Assembly (NCBI GenBank): GCA_032117075.1
Contig: JAUMAA010000002.1
Span: forward strand, 24,005-88,004
Origin: Patescibacteria group bacterium
Lineage (GTDB): Bacteria > Patescibacteriota > WWE3 > UBA101185 > UBA10185
Direction of reading: 5' to 3'
Length of the DNA stretch: 64,000 nucleotides
Of this stretch, positions 18,645-28,655 are shown one piece after another. The first letter of the stretch is position 1; each line of letters starts with the position of its first letter. A program made the translations under genes and the position numbers. Below the pieces are notes generated by a model. It saw nothing but the letters and a program-made list of their open reading frames with translations. It made no database searches and was not told the DNA's origin.

Positions 18645-19583
18645 ATGAACCCTCACCTAGTTCAAACTAAAGACTGGTCTGACTTCAAAAATATTTATGG
18701 AACAATTTCTACTAACTATGAAAATGTTTATTTTACATTACACAGAATTCCAGTCATAAATAAATACTATGCTTACTGCCCAAAGGTGAATCCATTCGAG
18801 ATTGATTTTAAAAAACTAACCAAAAAACTAAAAGAAGAAAATGTGATTGCGATAAATTTTGATAAACCAAATGTTTATCAAGAAACAAAAGAAGCATTTG
18901 AAGCAAGTAAATTATTTGAAGACAATGGCTGTATACCTGCCTCAAAAGACACTTACCCTCCTGCAACTATATTTCTAGATATCTCACCAAACCCAGATGA
19001 TTTGTTAAAAAATTTTAATACAAAACATAGATACAATATCAATGTAGCCAAAAGAAAGAACTTGAATATTACATTTGAGGTCAATGATGAAAAAATTGAA
19101 GAATTTTATTTTTTACAAAAATTAACTTCTAAGAGACAGGGTTATTTAACAAAACCAAAAAGCTACTTTGAGACCTTGATAAAGTTCTATAGTAAAAGAA
19201 ATAAATGCATACTTTCTAATGTTTATTACGAGAACGAACCTATTGCATCATGGATATTTATTATAGATGGGGATACTGCTTACTATTTATATGGAGGCAT
19301 GAATGAAAATTTTAGCGGACTTAAACCTGCAAATTTATTAGTCTGGGAATCAATTTTGGAGCTTAAAAACAGAGGAGTTAAAACCTTAGATTTTTTTGGG
19401 GCTAGTGAGGATTTGAATGATGAAAAAGATCCTTATTATGGTTTTTCCATTTTTAAAATAAGATTTGGTGGTAAACATTTTAAATACATTAAGTCTTACG
19501 ATTTAGTATTAAATCCTTTTCTTTACAATCTCTTCAACTTTGCACAAAGTTTAAGGTGGTTTGTCTTGAAAATTATTAAATAG
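18645..19583 (+). CDS. FemABX family peptidoglycan bridge aminoacyltransferase
   Basis: LVQTKDW..FK, KHRYNINVA, YYLYGG, LDFFG, FK.RFGG. Confidence 0.85.
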   Translation: MNPHLVQTKDWSDFKNIYGTISTNYENVYFTLHRIPVINKYYAYCPKVNPFEIDFKKLTKKLKEENVIAINFDKPNVYQETKEAFEASKLFEDNGCIPASKDTYPPATIFLDISPNPDDLLKNFNTKHRYNINVAKRKNLNITFEVNDEKIEEFYFLQKLTSKRQGYLTKPKSYFETLIKFYSKRNKCILSNVYYENEPIASWIFIIDGDTAYYLYGGMNENFSGLKPANLLVWESILELKNRGVKTLDFFGASEDLNDEKDPYYGFSIFKIRFGGKHFKYIKSYDLVLNPFLYNLFNFAQSLRWFVLKIIK

Positions 19584-19621
19584 GTTTGTAAGATATATAT
19601 ATATTTGAAAGGCCCAATCAA

Positions 19622-20248
19622 ATGAACTTTAAACCCCTAAATAATAAGGGAATTTCCATGCTTGTAATTATTTTAGCTGTTGTTGTTATCTCCGGAATTG
19701 CTGGAGCAGTTTATTTAATTACACTTAATAAAAGTATGCCCTCAAATCCGGAAAATAAAACTGTTACAAACTTAGAAAACAAAGATAACGATTCATCAGA
19801 ACTAAAATGTGATGAGGATGAAGATTTCTATGGTTGCTTAACTTTACAAAATTATAATAAATCAAGAACAGTTAGAGGGTTAAGTCCTATCGAACAAGAT
19901 TCTAACCTGTGTTATATAGCAAAAATTTTAGCAAACAGTATAAATAGTATGCCTAAAAATTATAAGTTCAATTTCTCTTTGCTATATCAAGATGAAGTGT
20001 TCGACAAATATAATGGCGGATACGATAGTAAGGGAAACTATAACGATTGGAGACAAATTTATTATCAATACGATACCTATTCAAATATTGAAAATTCTCA
20101 AATTGAAACAACTCAAAAAGAAATAGCTGAGACACTTGGTAGGAGCACAAGAGAAGACGGAGAAACTTTTGATAAAGGTTGTTTTAGATTCTCACGTTAT
20201 GAGGATGGTAATTTTGTTTTAGTAACTGTATTGGGACAAAGAAAATAA
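19622..20248 (+). CDS. CAP/SCP-like domain protein with prepilin-like N-terminus
   Basis: LNNKG|ISMLVIILAVVVISGIAG; LQNYNKSRTVRGLSPIEQDSNLC. Confidence 0.65.
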   Translation: MNFKPLNNKGISMLVIILAVVVISGIAGAVYLITLNKSMPSNPENKTVTNLENKDNDSSELKCDEDEDFYGCLTLQNYNKSRTVRGLSPIEQDSNLCYIAKILANSINSMPKNYKFNFSLLYQDEVFDKYNGGYDSKGNYNDWRQIYYQYDTYSNIENSQIETTQKEIAETLGRSTREDGETFDKGCFRFSRYEDGNFVLVTVLGQRK

Positions 20249-20267
20249 AACTATAAATTAAATAAAT

Positions 20268-20296
20268 AGAGGAAGCTATATGCTTCCTCTTTTTTT
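20268..20296 (+). terminator. Intrinsic terminator
   Basis: AGAGGAAGC-TATAT-GCTTCCTCT followed by a T run, between convergent genes. Confidence 0.8.
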
Positions 20297-20305
20297 AGGG
20301 ATTCT

Positions 20306-23164
20306 CTAATCCTTAATAGCACTTGGACAAATATCTTTGAAATCACAAAACATACAACTTCTTTGAGAAGGTGTGGCTTTAAAATTCTTATTTCTTATAT
20401 TTTCAAAAACTTCTTTTACTTCCCCACTTAACCTCTCGAAATCTTTTTCATTTCTTTCAGTAGTAATTTTTTTGTCCTGCTCTAAATAGTAATAAGTGAG
20501 TTTCACATTTTCAAAATTAAAATATTCTTTTGCAGCCTCAGCATAAAGAGTTAACTGATCATCATTCCTTATCTCTTTTTCTGTTTTTGTTTCACCAGTT
20601 TTATAGTCTATGATTTCATAACTTCCATCTTCATTTTGATCTATTCTATCTATTTTTCCAGACACAGGCACTCCGTTCAATTCAAATTTAAACATCTTCT
20701 CAATAACTATCGGTTTTAACTTTTGAGAATGATATTTTTCGTAATATCTAGATAGTATTTCTTGTCCTGTTTTATAGTAATCAATCTGGTTATCCCTGTC
20801 CTCATAACCGAAAGGTTGAAATTTCATTTTATAAATCTCAAGTACTTCATTTAAAGAAATATCTCTATTTAACTTGATTACATGATATTCCTTTAAAACT
20901 TCGTGGATAGTATTACCAAAACTTAGTGCTTTTGATTGTTTAGTCGGAAAGTTCAATATGTATTGATATTTATATTTTAATGGACAGGTTTTGTAAGAAG
21001 ATAGGGCAGTAAAAGATAAACTTTTTGGAAGATACTCCGAATCTATTTTATTAATTTTTTTTCTATAGTCACTATCTACTCCAAATAAACTTGCTTGTTC
21101 AATTTCTTCAACTCTACCTTCCTTAGCTGACTCAATTCTTTCAATCTCTAACCCACACTCTTCTACAAATGTAGATTTACTTCTGTCTCTTTTTCCATAA
21201 GTGTCAGCAAAAGTTAAATGTAAATATTTTTTTGCTCTAGTAACACCCACATAGAATAACCTTCTTTCCTCTTGTAAAAAATAATCCTCGTTTGGAAGAA
21301 TTTCTTTATCTTCTATCAAAACATCAGGTAACGAAAATCCGTAGCTTCTATCTTGTGAAGGAAATCTTCCATTAATTAATGACGGAATAAAGACAGCTTC
21401 AAATTCAAGTCCCTTACTAGAGTGTACAGTTAAAATATTAATTGTATCTACATCTTCAATTTCTGCTTGAGCAGGATTGTCCCCTGCTTCTATAATAAGA
21501 TTGAAATAATCAAGGAATTCTAAAAGATTTGGGGTTACACCACTATCTTGAAACATAGAAAGTTCGATATTTTTTACTCTCTTTAAGAATAAATCTAAAT
21601 TTTTAACAGCTAAATCATTTTCAATTGTTTCTTCCGCAAAAAATTTATTTAAGTAATTAATCTCGTTTAGTAAGTTATATATCAAGTCAGAAGGTTGTAT
21701 TTTTGGAAGTTTTCTTTGGTAATCTTTGATGGTATTTACAAATTTAGTTAAATTCTTATCGAACTTATAATTCTCACATTCATTCCAAAGTAAAGTTTTT
21801 TTATCTCTTGATAAGTTTAAAAGTTTATAAATTGTATCAACATCTATATTTAGTGAATCTATAAATAAACATTTGAAAAGATTGGAACTATCTGAAGTAT
21901 TTACCAATAAATTTAAAAGGCTAATTACTAAATTAATTTCTTCTCTTTCATATAAACCTCTATTGCCGTAAAACTGGTAAGGCAGACCCGCTTTTCTTAG
22001 TGCCATTATATAAGGTTCTAAATGAGAGTTAGCTCTTCCTAAAATTGCTATATCTCTAAATCCTACCTCACCAGAATCTAAAAGTTTTTGAATTTCATTT
22101 ATAACATAGTTTACTTCAGTCTCTAAATCTGGTGTACTGATAATCTTGATATTATCCTCTTTACTTAATTTTTTATTTGCAAATAATTTTTTTGAAATAC
22201 CAAGAGTAGCTTCTAGTGTATATGGATTATTATTCTGAATAACTTTGTAAGAAACATCTAAAATATTTTGAACTGATCTGTAATTTTGATTTAAGGTAAT
22301 TATTTTTGGATCATCAAAATCTTTTTTAAACTCAAGGATATTGGAGATAGCTGCCCCTCTAAATTTGTAAATTGATTGACTATCATCCCCAACTACAACT
22401 AAACTTCTATCAGAAAGTGTTTCTTTTAAACAAAGAAGTTTAATAATTTCGTATTGAGTATAATTAGTATCTTGAAACTCATCTACTAATACATGTTTAA
22501 ATCTTTTTTGGTATTTTTCTAAAACATAAGGTTTATTTTTAAATAAATCATAAACAAAAGTTATCAAATCTCCAAAATCCATTTTTGAATCTCTCAATTT
22601 TACTTCTTTATAGTGGTCAAAAATAAGCGCAGCTTCTTGCCATTTATTTTTTTCTTTTTCATCTTCAAGAGATAGAGAATATTTCATTAAGTCCTTAGAT
22701 GAAATATTCTCATCAGTGCATTTTGAAAATAATTTTAATAAATCATTAATATATTTTCCTGGATTATTTTTTGGCCTGAGTTCCTTCAAGTTTAATTTAT
22801 AAATTTCTTTTCTAAGTAGCATCCACTGCTCTGCATCTGTGATTAATTTAAAATTTGTGTTCATGCCCATTTCATGACCATCCTCCTTTAAAACATCCAT
22901 ACAAAAGGAGTGATAAGTACAAACCTTCGGCTCATAATACCCAAGAGGCATTTTCTCATCCAGTCTCTCAACCATCTCCCTAGCTGCTTTTTCAGTAAAG
23001 GTAACTGCTAAAATATTTTGGGGTTCAACATTTTTGTTGTTGATTAAGTTAACAATTCTTTCTGTAATTAATGATGTTTTTCCAGTTCCAGCACCAGCAA
23101 CAACTAATAAAGATCCGAATTCGAAGTTTACTGCTTCCAGTTGGTTATCATTTAGTTTTGCCAT
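20306..23164 (-). CDS. UvrD/PcrA-type SF1 helicase fused to C-terminal PD-(D/E)XK nuclease
   Basis: AGAGTGKT, VDEFQD, VGDDSQSIY, SKGLEF, EERRLFYVG; C-terminal GKIDRID, IIDYKTG, CPLKY...CMFCDFKDIC. Confidence 0.92.
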   Translation of the reverse strand: MAKLNDNQLEAVNFEFGSLLVVAGAGTGKTSLITERIVNLINNKNVEPQNILAVTFTEKAAREMVERLDEKMPLGYYEPKVCTYHSFCMDVLKEDGHEMGMNTNFKLITDAEQWMLLRKEIYKLNLKELRPKNNPGKYINDLLKLFSKCTDENISSKDLMKYSLSLEDEKEKNKWQEAALIFDHYKEVKLRDSKMDFGDLITFVYDLFKNKPYVLEKYQKRFKHVLVDEFQDTNYTQYEIIKLLCLKETLSDRSLVVVGDDSQSIYKFRGAAISNILEFKKDFDDPKIITLNQNYRSVQNILDVSYKVIQNNNPYTLEATLGISKKLFANKKLSKEDNIKIISTPDLETEVNYVINEIQKLLDSGEVGFRDIAILGRANSHLEPYIMALRKAGLPYQFYGNRGLYEREEINLVISLLNLLVNTSDSSNLFKCLFIDSLNIDVDTIYKLLNLSRDKKTLLWNECENYKFDKNLTKFVNTIKDYQRKLPKIQPSDLIYNLLNEINYLNKFFAEETIENDLAVKNLDLFLKRVKNIELSMFQDSGVTPNLLEFLDYFNLIIEAGDNPAQAEIEDVDTINILTVHSSKGLEFEAVFIPSLINGRFPSQDRSYGFSLPDVLIEDKEILPNEDYFLQEERRLFYVGVTRAKKYLHLTFADTYGKRDRSKSTFVEECGLEIERIESAKEGRVEEIEQASLFGVDSDYRKKINKIDSEYLPKSLSFTALSSYKTCPLKYKYQYILNFPTKQSKALSFGNTIHEVLKEYHVIKLNRDISLNEVLEIYKMKFQPFGYEDRDNQIDYYKTGQEILSRYYEKYHSQKLKPIVIEKMFKFELNGVPVSGKIDRIDQNEDGSYEIIDYKTGETKTEKEIRNDDQLTLYAEAAKEYFNFENVKLTYYYLEQDKKITTERNEKDFERLSGEVKEVFENIRNKNFKATPSQRSCMFCDFKDICPSAIKD

Positions 23165-23190
23165 ATGTAGAAAATCTTAAATTAAAAAAT

Positions 23191-24219
23191 TTAACTTTCA
23201 AGGAGTTTAGTTTCCGATTCACTAACACCTTCAATTTCATGCATTTTTTCAATCTTCCCAAATAGTTTTCCATAGTTAGTTTTTACTTTATCCATTGATT
23301 TGGCTGATTTAGTAATATGCCCCTCTAATGTTTCCAATTCTTCATTAAATTTATTACCCTCAACAATGAGACCATCAAGTGACTTGAGAATTTCATTAGC
23401 TGATTTATTTAGTTGAGCTTGCTTGAAAGCGATTAAGATTGTCTTTAACAAAAAGGTAATTGTATTTGGGGAGGATAAAACAACTTTCCTTTTATTTGAG
23501 TACTCAATAATTTTTTGATTATTAGTAATTAATTCATAATAAATTGATTCAGATGGAACATACATAACTGCTTGATCGGTAGTTCCCTCATCTGGCAAAA
23601 TATATTTACTTGCAATTTCGTCTATTCTTTTTTCAACATCTTTAGTAAAAATCTTTCTATAAGTTTCTCTATCTTTGTCATTATCTGAATTACTCATCGC
23701 TTGGTAGTTCTCCATAGAAAATTTTGAATCAATTGGAATTATCCCATTTGAAGAAAAAATTACAGCATCACATGTAGCTCCGTTTTTAAATTTATATTGA
23801 ACTTGATAAAAATCTTTTGGAAGGGAGTCTGAAAGAATATCGTACAAAAATTGCTCACCAAGACCCCCTCTTAATTTAGGTGACTTTAAAACATTAGATA
23901 AATCTTTCATATCTTTACCAAATTCTTCGATGGATCCTAATTGTTTTTGAACACCTCCAATAACTTTAGAGGCATTATCTAATCTTTCCCACAAAACCTT
24001 AGATTGATTTTGCATCGCCTCATTCTGCTCCTTCAACTTTCTTTCCATATTTTCAGAAGTCTTTTCTACACTTCCTTTCATATCTTTCATCCATTCAAGG
24101 ATTACTTGAATTTGTTTATCTTGTGAATCGTCTTTTTTATTGTTTAAATTGATGTAAAGTAAATAACCAACCGCACCGAGTAAAATTAGTATTAAAATAA
24201 TTAATAGGATTTCAATCAT
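23191..24219 (-). CDS. rmuC: DNA recombination protein RmuC
   Basis: N-terminal TM, coiled coil, RGGLGE, IDSKF, KYILP..T.D.AVMYVPSE. Confidence 0.9.
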   Translation of the reverse strand: MIEILLIILILILLGAVGYLLYINLNNKKDDSQDKQIQVILEWMKDMKGSVEKTSENMERKLKEQNEAMQNQSKVLWERLDNASKVIGGVQKQLGSIEEFGKDMKDLSNVLKSPKLRGGLGEQFLYDILSDSLPKDFYQVQYKFKNGATCDAVIFSSNGIIPIDSKFSMENYQAMSNSDNDKDRETYRKIFTKDVEKRIDEIASKYILPDEGTTDQAVMYVPSESIYYELITNNQKIIEYSNKRKVVLSSPNTITFLLKTILIAFKQAQLNKSANEILKSLDGLIVEGNKFNEELETLEGHITKSAKSMDKVKTNYGKLFGKIEKMHEIEGVSESETKLLES

Positions 24220-24625
24220 GAAGAATATACTACCAAAAATACCTCCTTTTATCTACTCGCTTATTGTTTTAAGCACTCTTTTAGTTACTCTTCTTTCGTA
24301 CATTCTTAATAATATCGACCCTGAAAGCAGTAATTCGAAGCTGATGTTTAGTTTTGTGCTTTTCATAACCTCTTTAATCACCTTACCAACAATAAGAACT
24401 TTATTTTTACTAGCAGAGGGGGATGAATACACTGATTTGAGAGCAAAATTTAGAATCTTTTTTAGTGAGAACATATTATTTAGTGTGGTTTTAGGAGTTT
24501 TAATGCTTTTCAAAACTTACGGTTTCCTTAACTTTTTTACACTTTTATCCTTAATATCCATTTATTTAGGTATAACTTTTGCCTATCAAAAATTAAGAAA
24601 ACCAAAGAGAATAAAGAGGATTTAG
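24218..24625 (+). CDS. Hypothetical 4-TM membrane protein
   Basis: 135 aa hydrophobic ORF; start codon overlaps rmuC start. Confidence 0.7.
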   Translation: MKNILPKIPPFIYSLIVLSTLLVTLLSYILNNIDPESSNSKLMFSFVLFITSLITLPTIRTLFLLAEGDEYTDLRAKFRIFFSENILFSVVLGVLMLFKTYGFLNFFTLLSLISIYLGITFAYQKLRKPKRIKRI

Positions 24626-24671
24626 TCTTTTTTTATTATTTTTATGCGATTTTTTAGGTTATAATTACAAA

Positions 24672-26078
24672 GTGAAATATATAATTACTACTGCAATCGA
24701 CTATACAAACGATGTTATCCATCTAGGTCATGCCTACCAAAAAGTACTAGCAGATACCTATACAAGATTTTTGAGACAAACAAAGGGTTCTGAGAATGTG
24801 AGATTTGTAACAGGAACAGATGAATTCGGACAAAAGGTAGAAAAAGAAGCAAAATCCAAAGGAATTGAAACTAAAAAATTTGTTGATGAGATTTCCAAAT
24901 TAGATCAAAAAGAACAAGATTCATTACATATCTCTTATGAAAGATTTATCAGAACAACAGATGAGGATCATCAAAAAACAGCTCAAGAATTTTTTAAGAA
25001 GTCTTTTGATAATGGGTTTATTTATGAGGGCGACTTTGAAGGTAAGTATTGTGAGGGATGCGAGGAATACAAAACAGAAAAAAATTTAGTTGAAGGAAAA
25101 TGCCCTCTTCACCCTAATAAGGAAATTATAGTAACTACCGAAAAAAATTATTTCTTTAAATGGAGTTATTTTAAGGAATTTTTAAAAAAACATTTTGATG
25201 AAAATTCTGAATTTGTGTTACCAAAATCAAAGTTTAACGAAATGTATGCAATGATTGATGAAATTGAAGATATCCCTGTTACAAGAAGAAAAGAAAATTT
25301 AAATTGGGGAATTGAGTGTCCAATAGATTCAGGTCATGTTATCTATGTTTGGTTTGATGCACTTATTAATTACTATACTTTTGCTAAAAATGAATGGAAC
25401 AATGAGGATACTAAAATAGTTCATTTCTTAGGAAAAGATAATGCCAAGTTTCATGCACTACTTTGGCCAGCAATGCTTAAATCAGTAGATTTAAAAATAC
25501 CAAACACAATTTATGTAAACTCATTCTTATCCCTAAACGGACATAAAATTTCTAAATCACTAGGTAATATTATTAGGCCAACTGAACTAGTAGAAAAATA
25601 TGGTGTGGATGCAATCAGATATTATCTTTTAAAATTTGGTCCAATTGTAGATGATTCTGATTTTTCAGAAAGTCATCTTATAGATATTTATAATGGCGAA
25701 TTAGCAAATGGAATTGGGAATACAATTTCTAGAGTTTTTGCACTTGCTAAAAAAAATGAGATAACCTTTGAAAAACCAACTTCTATTAGTATTTCCTTTG
25801 GATCTGAGTTTGAAAATTTCAGACCTGATAGAGTTATTGAAAATATTTTTGAAAAAATATCTGAAATAAATAAAGATATTAATTCAAAAGAAGTTTGGAA
25901 AATACAAGATAAGAAAGAAATGACAAAAATAATTAGAGAGTACTTAAGCGAACTTTATTTTATAACAGTAAATTTAAAAGCATTTATTCCTGATACATGT
26001 GAAAAAATTTTAAACTCTTTTGAAAATAATTTTAATGTGACAAATTTTTTCCCTAGAATAGAGAAGAAGGATCAATAA
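24672..26078 (+). CDS. metG: Methionine--tRNA ligase (short form)
   Basis: HLGH, TGTDE.GQK, YVWFDAL, GKD, KISKS. Confidence 0.95.
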   Translation: MKYIITTAIDYTNDVIHLGHAYQKVLADTYTRFLRQTKGSENVRFVTGTDEFGQKVEKEAKSKGIETKKFVDEISKLDQKEQDSLHISYERFIRTTDEDHQKTAQEFFKKSFDNGFIYEGDFEGKYCEGCEEYKTEKNLVEGKCPLHPNKEIIVTTEKNYFFKWSYFKEFLKKHFDENSEFVLPKSKFNEMYAMIDEIEDIPVTRRKENLNWGIECPIDSGHVIYVWFDALINYYTFAKNEWNNEDTKIVHFLGKDNAKFHALLWPAMLKSVDLKIPNTIYVNSFLSLNGHKISKSLGNIIRPTELVEKYGVDAIRYYLLKFGPIVDDSDFSESHLIDIYNGELANGIGNTISRVFALAKKNEITFEKPTSISISFGSEFENFRPDRVIENIFEKISEINKDINSKEVWKIQDKKEMTKIIREYLSELYFITVNLKAFIPDTCEKILNSFENNFNVTNFFPRIEKKDQ

Positions 26079-26277
26079 TTTTTAAATAAATTAATAAACC
26101 AACAGTGATTAAAGCAAATATTAAAACACCAAGAAGTACCCAAACCCAAGTATATTTCTTATCTTTTTTTGAAATTAATTGGAAATCTAAAGAATTTTCA
26201 GTTGATTCAGAAGTTGGTTTTGAAGCAATTGCAGGTTTTGTTCCAGTAGAGGGAGCTACTTTATTTATTTCTTCCAT
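26053..26277 (-). CDS. Small tail-anchored membrane protein
   Basis: 74 aa, polar N-terminus, C-terminal TM; TATAAT 6 nt upstream of ATG. Confidence 0.6.
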   Translation of the reverse strand: MEEINKVAPSTGTKPAIASKPTSESTENSLDFQLISKKDKKYTWVWVLLGVLIFALITVGLLIYLKIIDPSSLF

Positions 26278-26312
26278 AAATTAATTATAATTTAAAAAGT
26301 AAAATTTTAAAC

Positions 26313-27098
26313 ATGTTTATAGACTCTCATCTACATTTTAATAATTCAAAGTATGCAGAACAAAATTATAGTATCTCAGAAATGATTGAAAGAGCTAAAA
26401 TTTTAGGTGTAAATAGATTTATCTCAATTGCAACACATTCTGATGAATTTTCGGAAGTTGTTGAAATATCTAATCAATTTGAAGAAGTTTTCCACACACT
26501 AGGAATTTACCCAACAGAAGATATGGGGAGAAAACTAAACGATTTAGAAAATTTGATTATAAATTCAATTAATAAAAAAACTGTAGCTATTGGGGAATGT
26601 GGGTTTAACCAACCACTAAATGATGGAGATAGGAATATATACTCTCAAAGATCCCTGTTTGAAATGCAAATTGATTTAGCAACAAGAAGAAATTTACCAA
26701 TAGTGGTACATACTAGAAATTCGGATTCTGAAACTTATGACACTCTTAAAAATTTTAAAAATAAAAATTTGAAAGGAGTAATTCATTGTTTTGTTTCTGA
26801 TTATGAATTTGCAAAGAAGATTTTGGACTTAGGAATGTATCTATCTTTCAATGGTATTGTTACTTATAAGACCGGGCAAGATACCTATGAAACTATTAAG
26901 AAAATGCCAGCGGATAGAATTATTTTAGAAACTGATGCTCCGTACTTGTCTCCAGAGGGATATAGGAACGAATTAAACGAACCAAAATTTATTCCTTTAA
27001 TAGCTGCAAAAGTTGCAGAGATTAGAGGTGTAAGTATGGAAGAAATTGAAAAACAATCTTACGAAAATACACTTAAATTATTTGATAAAATAAAATAA
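26313..27098 (+). CDS. tatD: TatD family hydrolase
   Basis: DSHLH, AIGECG, VHTR, GVIHCF, ETDAPYL. Confidence 0.93.
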   Translation: MFIDSHLHFNNSKYAEQNYSISEMIERAKILGVNRFISIATHSDEFSEVVEISNQFEEVFHTLGIYPTEDMGRKLNDLENLIINSINKKTVAIGECGFNQPLNDGDRNIYSQRSLFEMQIDLATRRNLPIVVHTRNSDSETYDTLKNFKNKNLKGVIHCFVSDYEFAKKILDLGMYLSFNGIVTYKTGQDTYETIKKMPADRIILETDAPYLSPEGYRNELNEPKFIPLIAAKVAEIRGVSMEEIEKQSYENTLKLFDKIK

Positions 27099-27101
27099 AG
27101 C

Positions 27102-28655
27102 ATGATTAGAAAAGCAGTTATCAAGCACGAAAGAAAAGTACAAAGATTTTTAGAAATACTTCCAGGTTTCTTAACATGGACTATTTTACTTTCCCCAGTC
27201 TGGTTAGGATTTTTATACCCTCCACTAATCATTATTTTTTTGATTTTTCTAACAGTTTTTTGGTTTTATTTAGGAATAAAATTTACTTACGGTGCATTTG
27301 TAGGATATAACAATTACCAAAAAGAAATTAGAATTGATTGGTTTCAAAGATTAAAAAACTTAGATTTCGAAGATTTACCTGAAAAAGAAACACTACCAAA
27401 TTCATTAAAAGATTTAAAACATTTTATATTAATACCTGTAGTCAATGAATCATTGGATGTTATTAGACCTGAGTTTGAAAGTATTTTAAATCAATCTTTT
27501 CCAACTAAACAAATTTTTTTAGCATATACAGTTGAAGAGAAATATTCTGAGGAAGTAATTAAAAATATTAAAAATTTAGTAAAAGAATATGAGCATAAAT
27601 TTGAAAAAATAATGTTTTTTACTCACCCTGCAGGAATAGTAGGGGAAGCGATTGGTGTTGGAGGAGCTAACAGAACTTGGGGAGCAAAAGGTGTAATAGA
27701 ATACATGAGGAAAAATAAAATTGATTTAAAAAATTATATTTTTTCTTCACTTGATGCAGATCATGTTCTACATAAACATTATCTTTCAAGATTAGGTCAC
27801 TTATATCTAAGTAGTGATAAAAGAAATAACAAATTTTACACAACTGCAGTTCACTTATTTAACAACAACCATTGGAATGTCCCTGTATTTGCTAGGGTAG
27901 AAGCAAATGCTGTTACTTTAGGAACTATAAGTGAATGGGCAATATCTCCTGATTTTAAGGAAACATTTGCGGCTTACTCGTGTTCTTTACAAACACTTGT
28001 TGATGCAAACTATTGGGATGTAACTTTAGGAGTTGACGATTCTGTATTTTACTGGAGAGCCTTTTTTGTAAGAAAAGGGGAATTCGATGGAGTATGTCAC
28101 TGGATTCCTTATTCAGCAGATGCAGTGGAAGCTGAAACAACTCTTAAAACATACAAAAGTTTATATAAACAACTTTTAAGGTGGGGTTGGGGTATTGTTA
28201 AATTTCCTTTAGCTATTAAAGGATTTTTAACAGAAGCAGATATTCCTTTAAAAAAGAAAATTCTTTGGACAATTAAACAACTTGAAAGAGAAGTGTTATT
28301 AATTAATACAGTCTTTTTGATTAACTTCGGTTTTGCAACGGTTACTTTAGTTAACCCTTATGTCAAACAATCAAGTTTTGCTTACTCACTTCCAGATCTA
28401 ATCTCCTTTATTATGACTGTAACTCTAATCTTCTTACTTCCAGGAACCTATTTAAGATTAAAAATTGCACCACCTATGCCTAAAAAATGGAATATTTTAA
28501 GAAAATTTCTTTCATATTTAGAAGGATTTGCTGTAATTGTAAACCTTCTAACTTTCTCCTTCTTTCCTTATATTGAAGCTCAAACAAGATTGCTTCTAGG
28601 TAAGAAAATGAAAGATTTGTATCACACACCTAAGGTGAGGAGTGGGAATGCTTAA
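27102..28655 (+). CDS. Membrane-embedded GT2-like processive glycosyltransferase
   Basis: N- and C-terminal TMs, LDAD, DD, Q..RW.WG motif. Confidence 0.8.
   Translation: MIRKAVIKHERKVQRFLEILPGFLTWTILLSPVWLGFLYPPLIIIFLIFLTVFWFYLGIKFTYGAFVGYNNYQKEIRIDWFQRLKNLDFEDLPEKETLPNSLKDLKHFILIPVVNESLDVIRPEFESILNQSFPTKQIFLAYTVEEKYSEEVIKNIKNLVKEYEHKFEKIMFFTHPAGIVGEAIGVGGANRTWGAKGVIEYMRKNKIDLKNYIFSSLDADHVLHKHYLSRLGHLYLSSDKRNNKFYTTAVHLFNNNHWNVPVFARVEANAVTLGTISEWAISPDFKETFAAYSCSLQTLVDANYWDVTLGVDDSVFYWRAFFVRKGEFDGVCHWIPYSADAVEAETTLKTYKSLYKQLLRWGWGIVKFPLAIKGFLTEADIPLKKKILWTIKQLEREVLLINTVFLINFGFATVTLVNPYVKQSSFAYSLPDLISFIMTVTLIFLLPGTYLRLKIAPPMPKKWNILRKFLSYLEGFAVIVNLLTFSFFPYIEAQTRLLLGKKMKDLYHTPKVRSGNA

Noticed and set aside
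20268-20277. AGAGGAAGCT shared between this terminator and the 17800-17809 element
   Set aside because: A single 10-mer match in 64 kb is plausible by chance.
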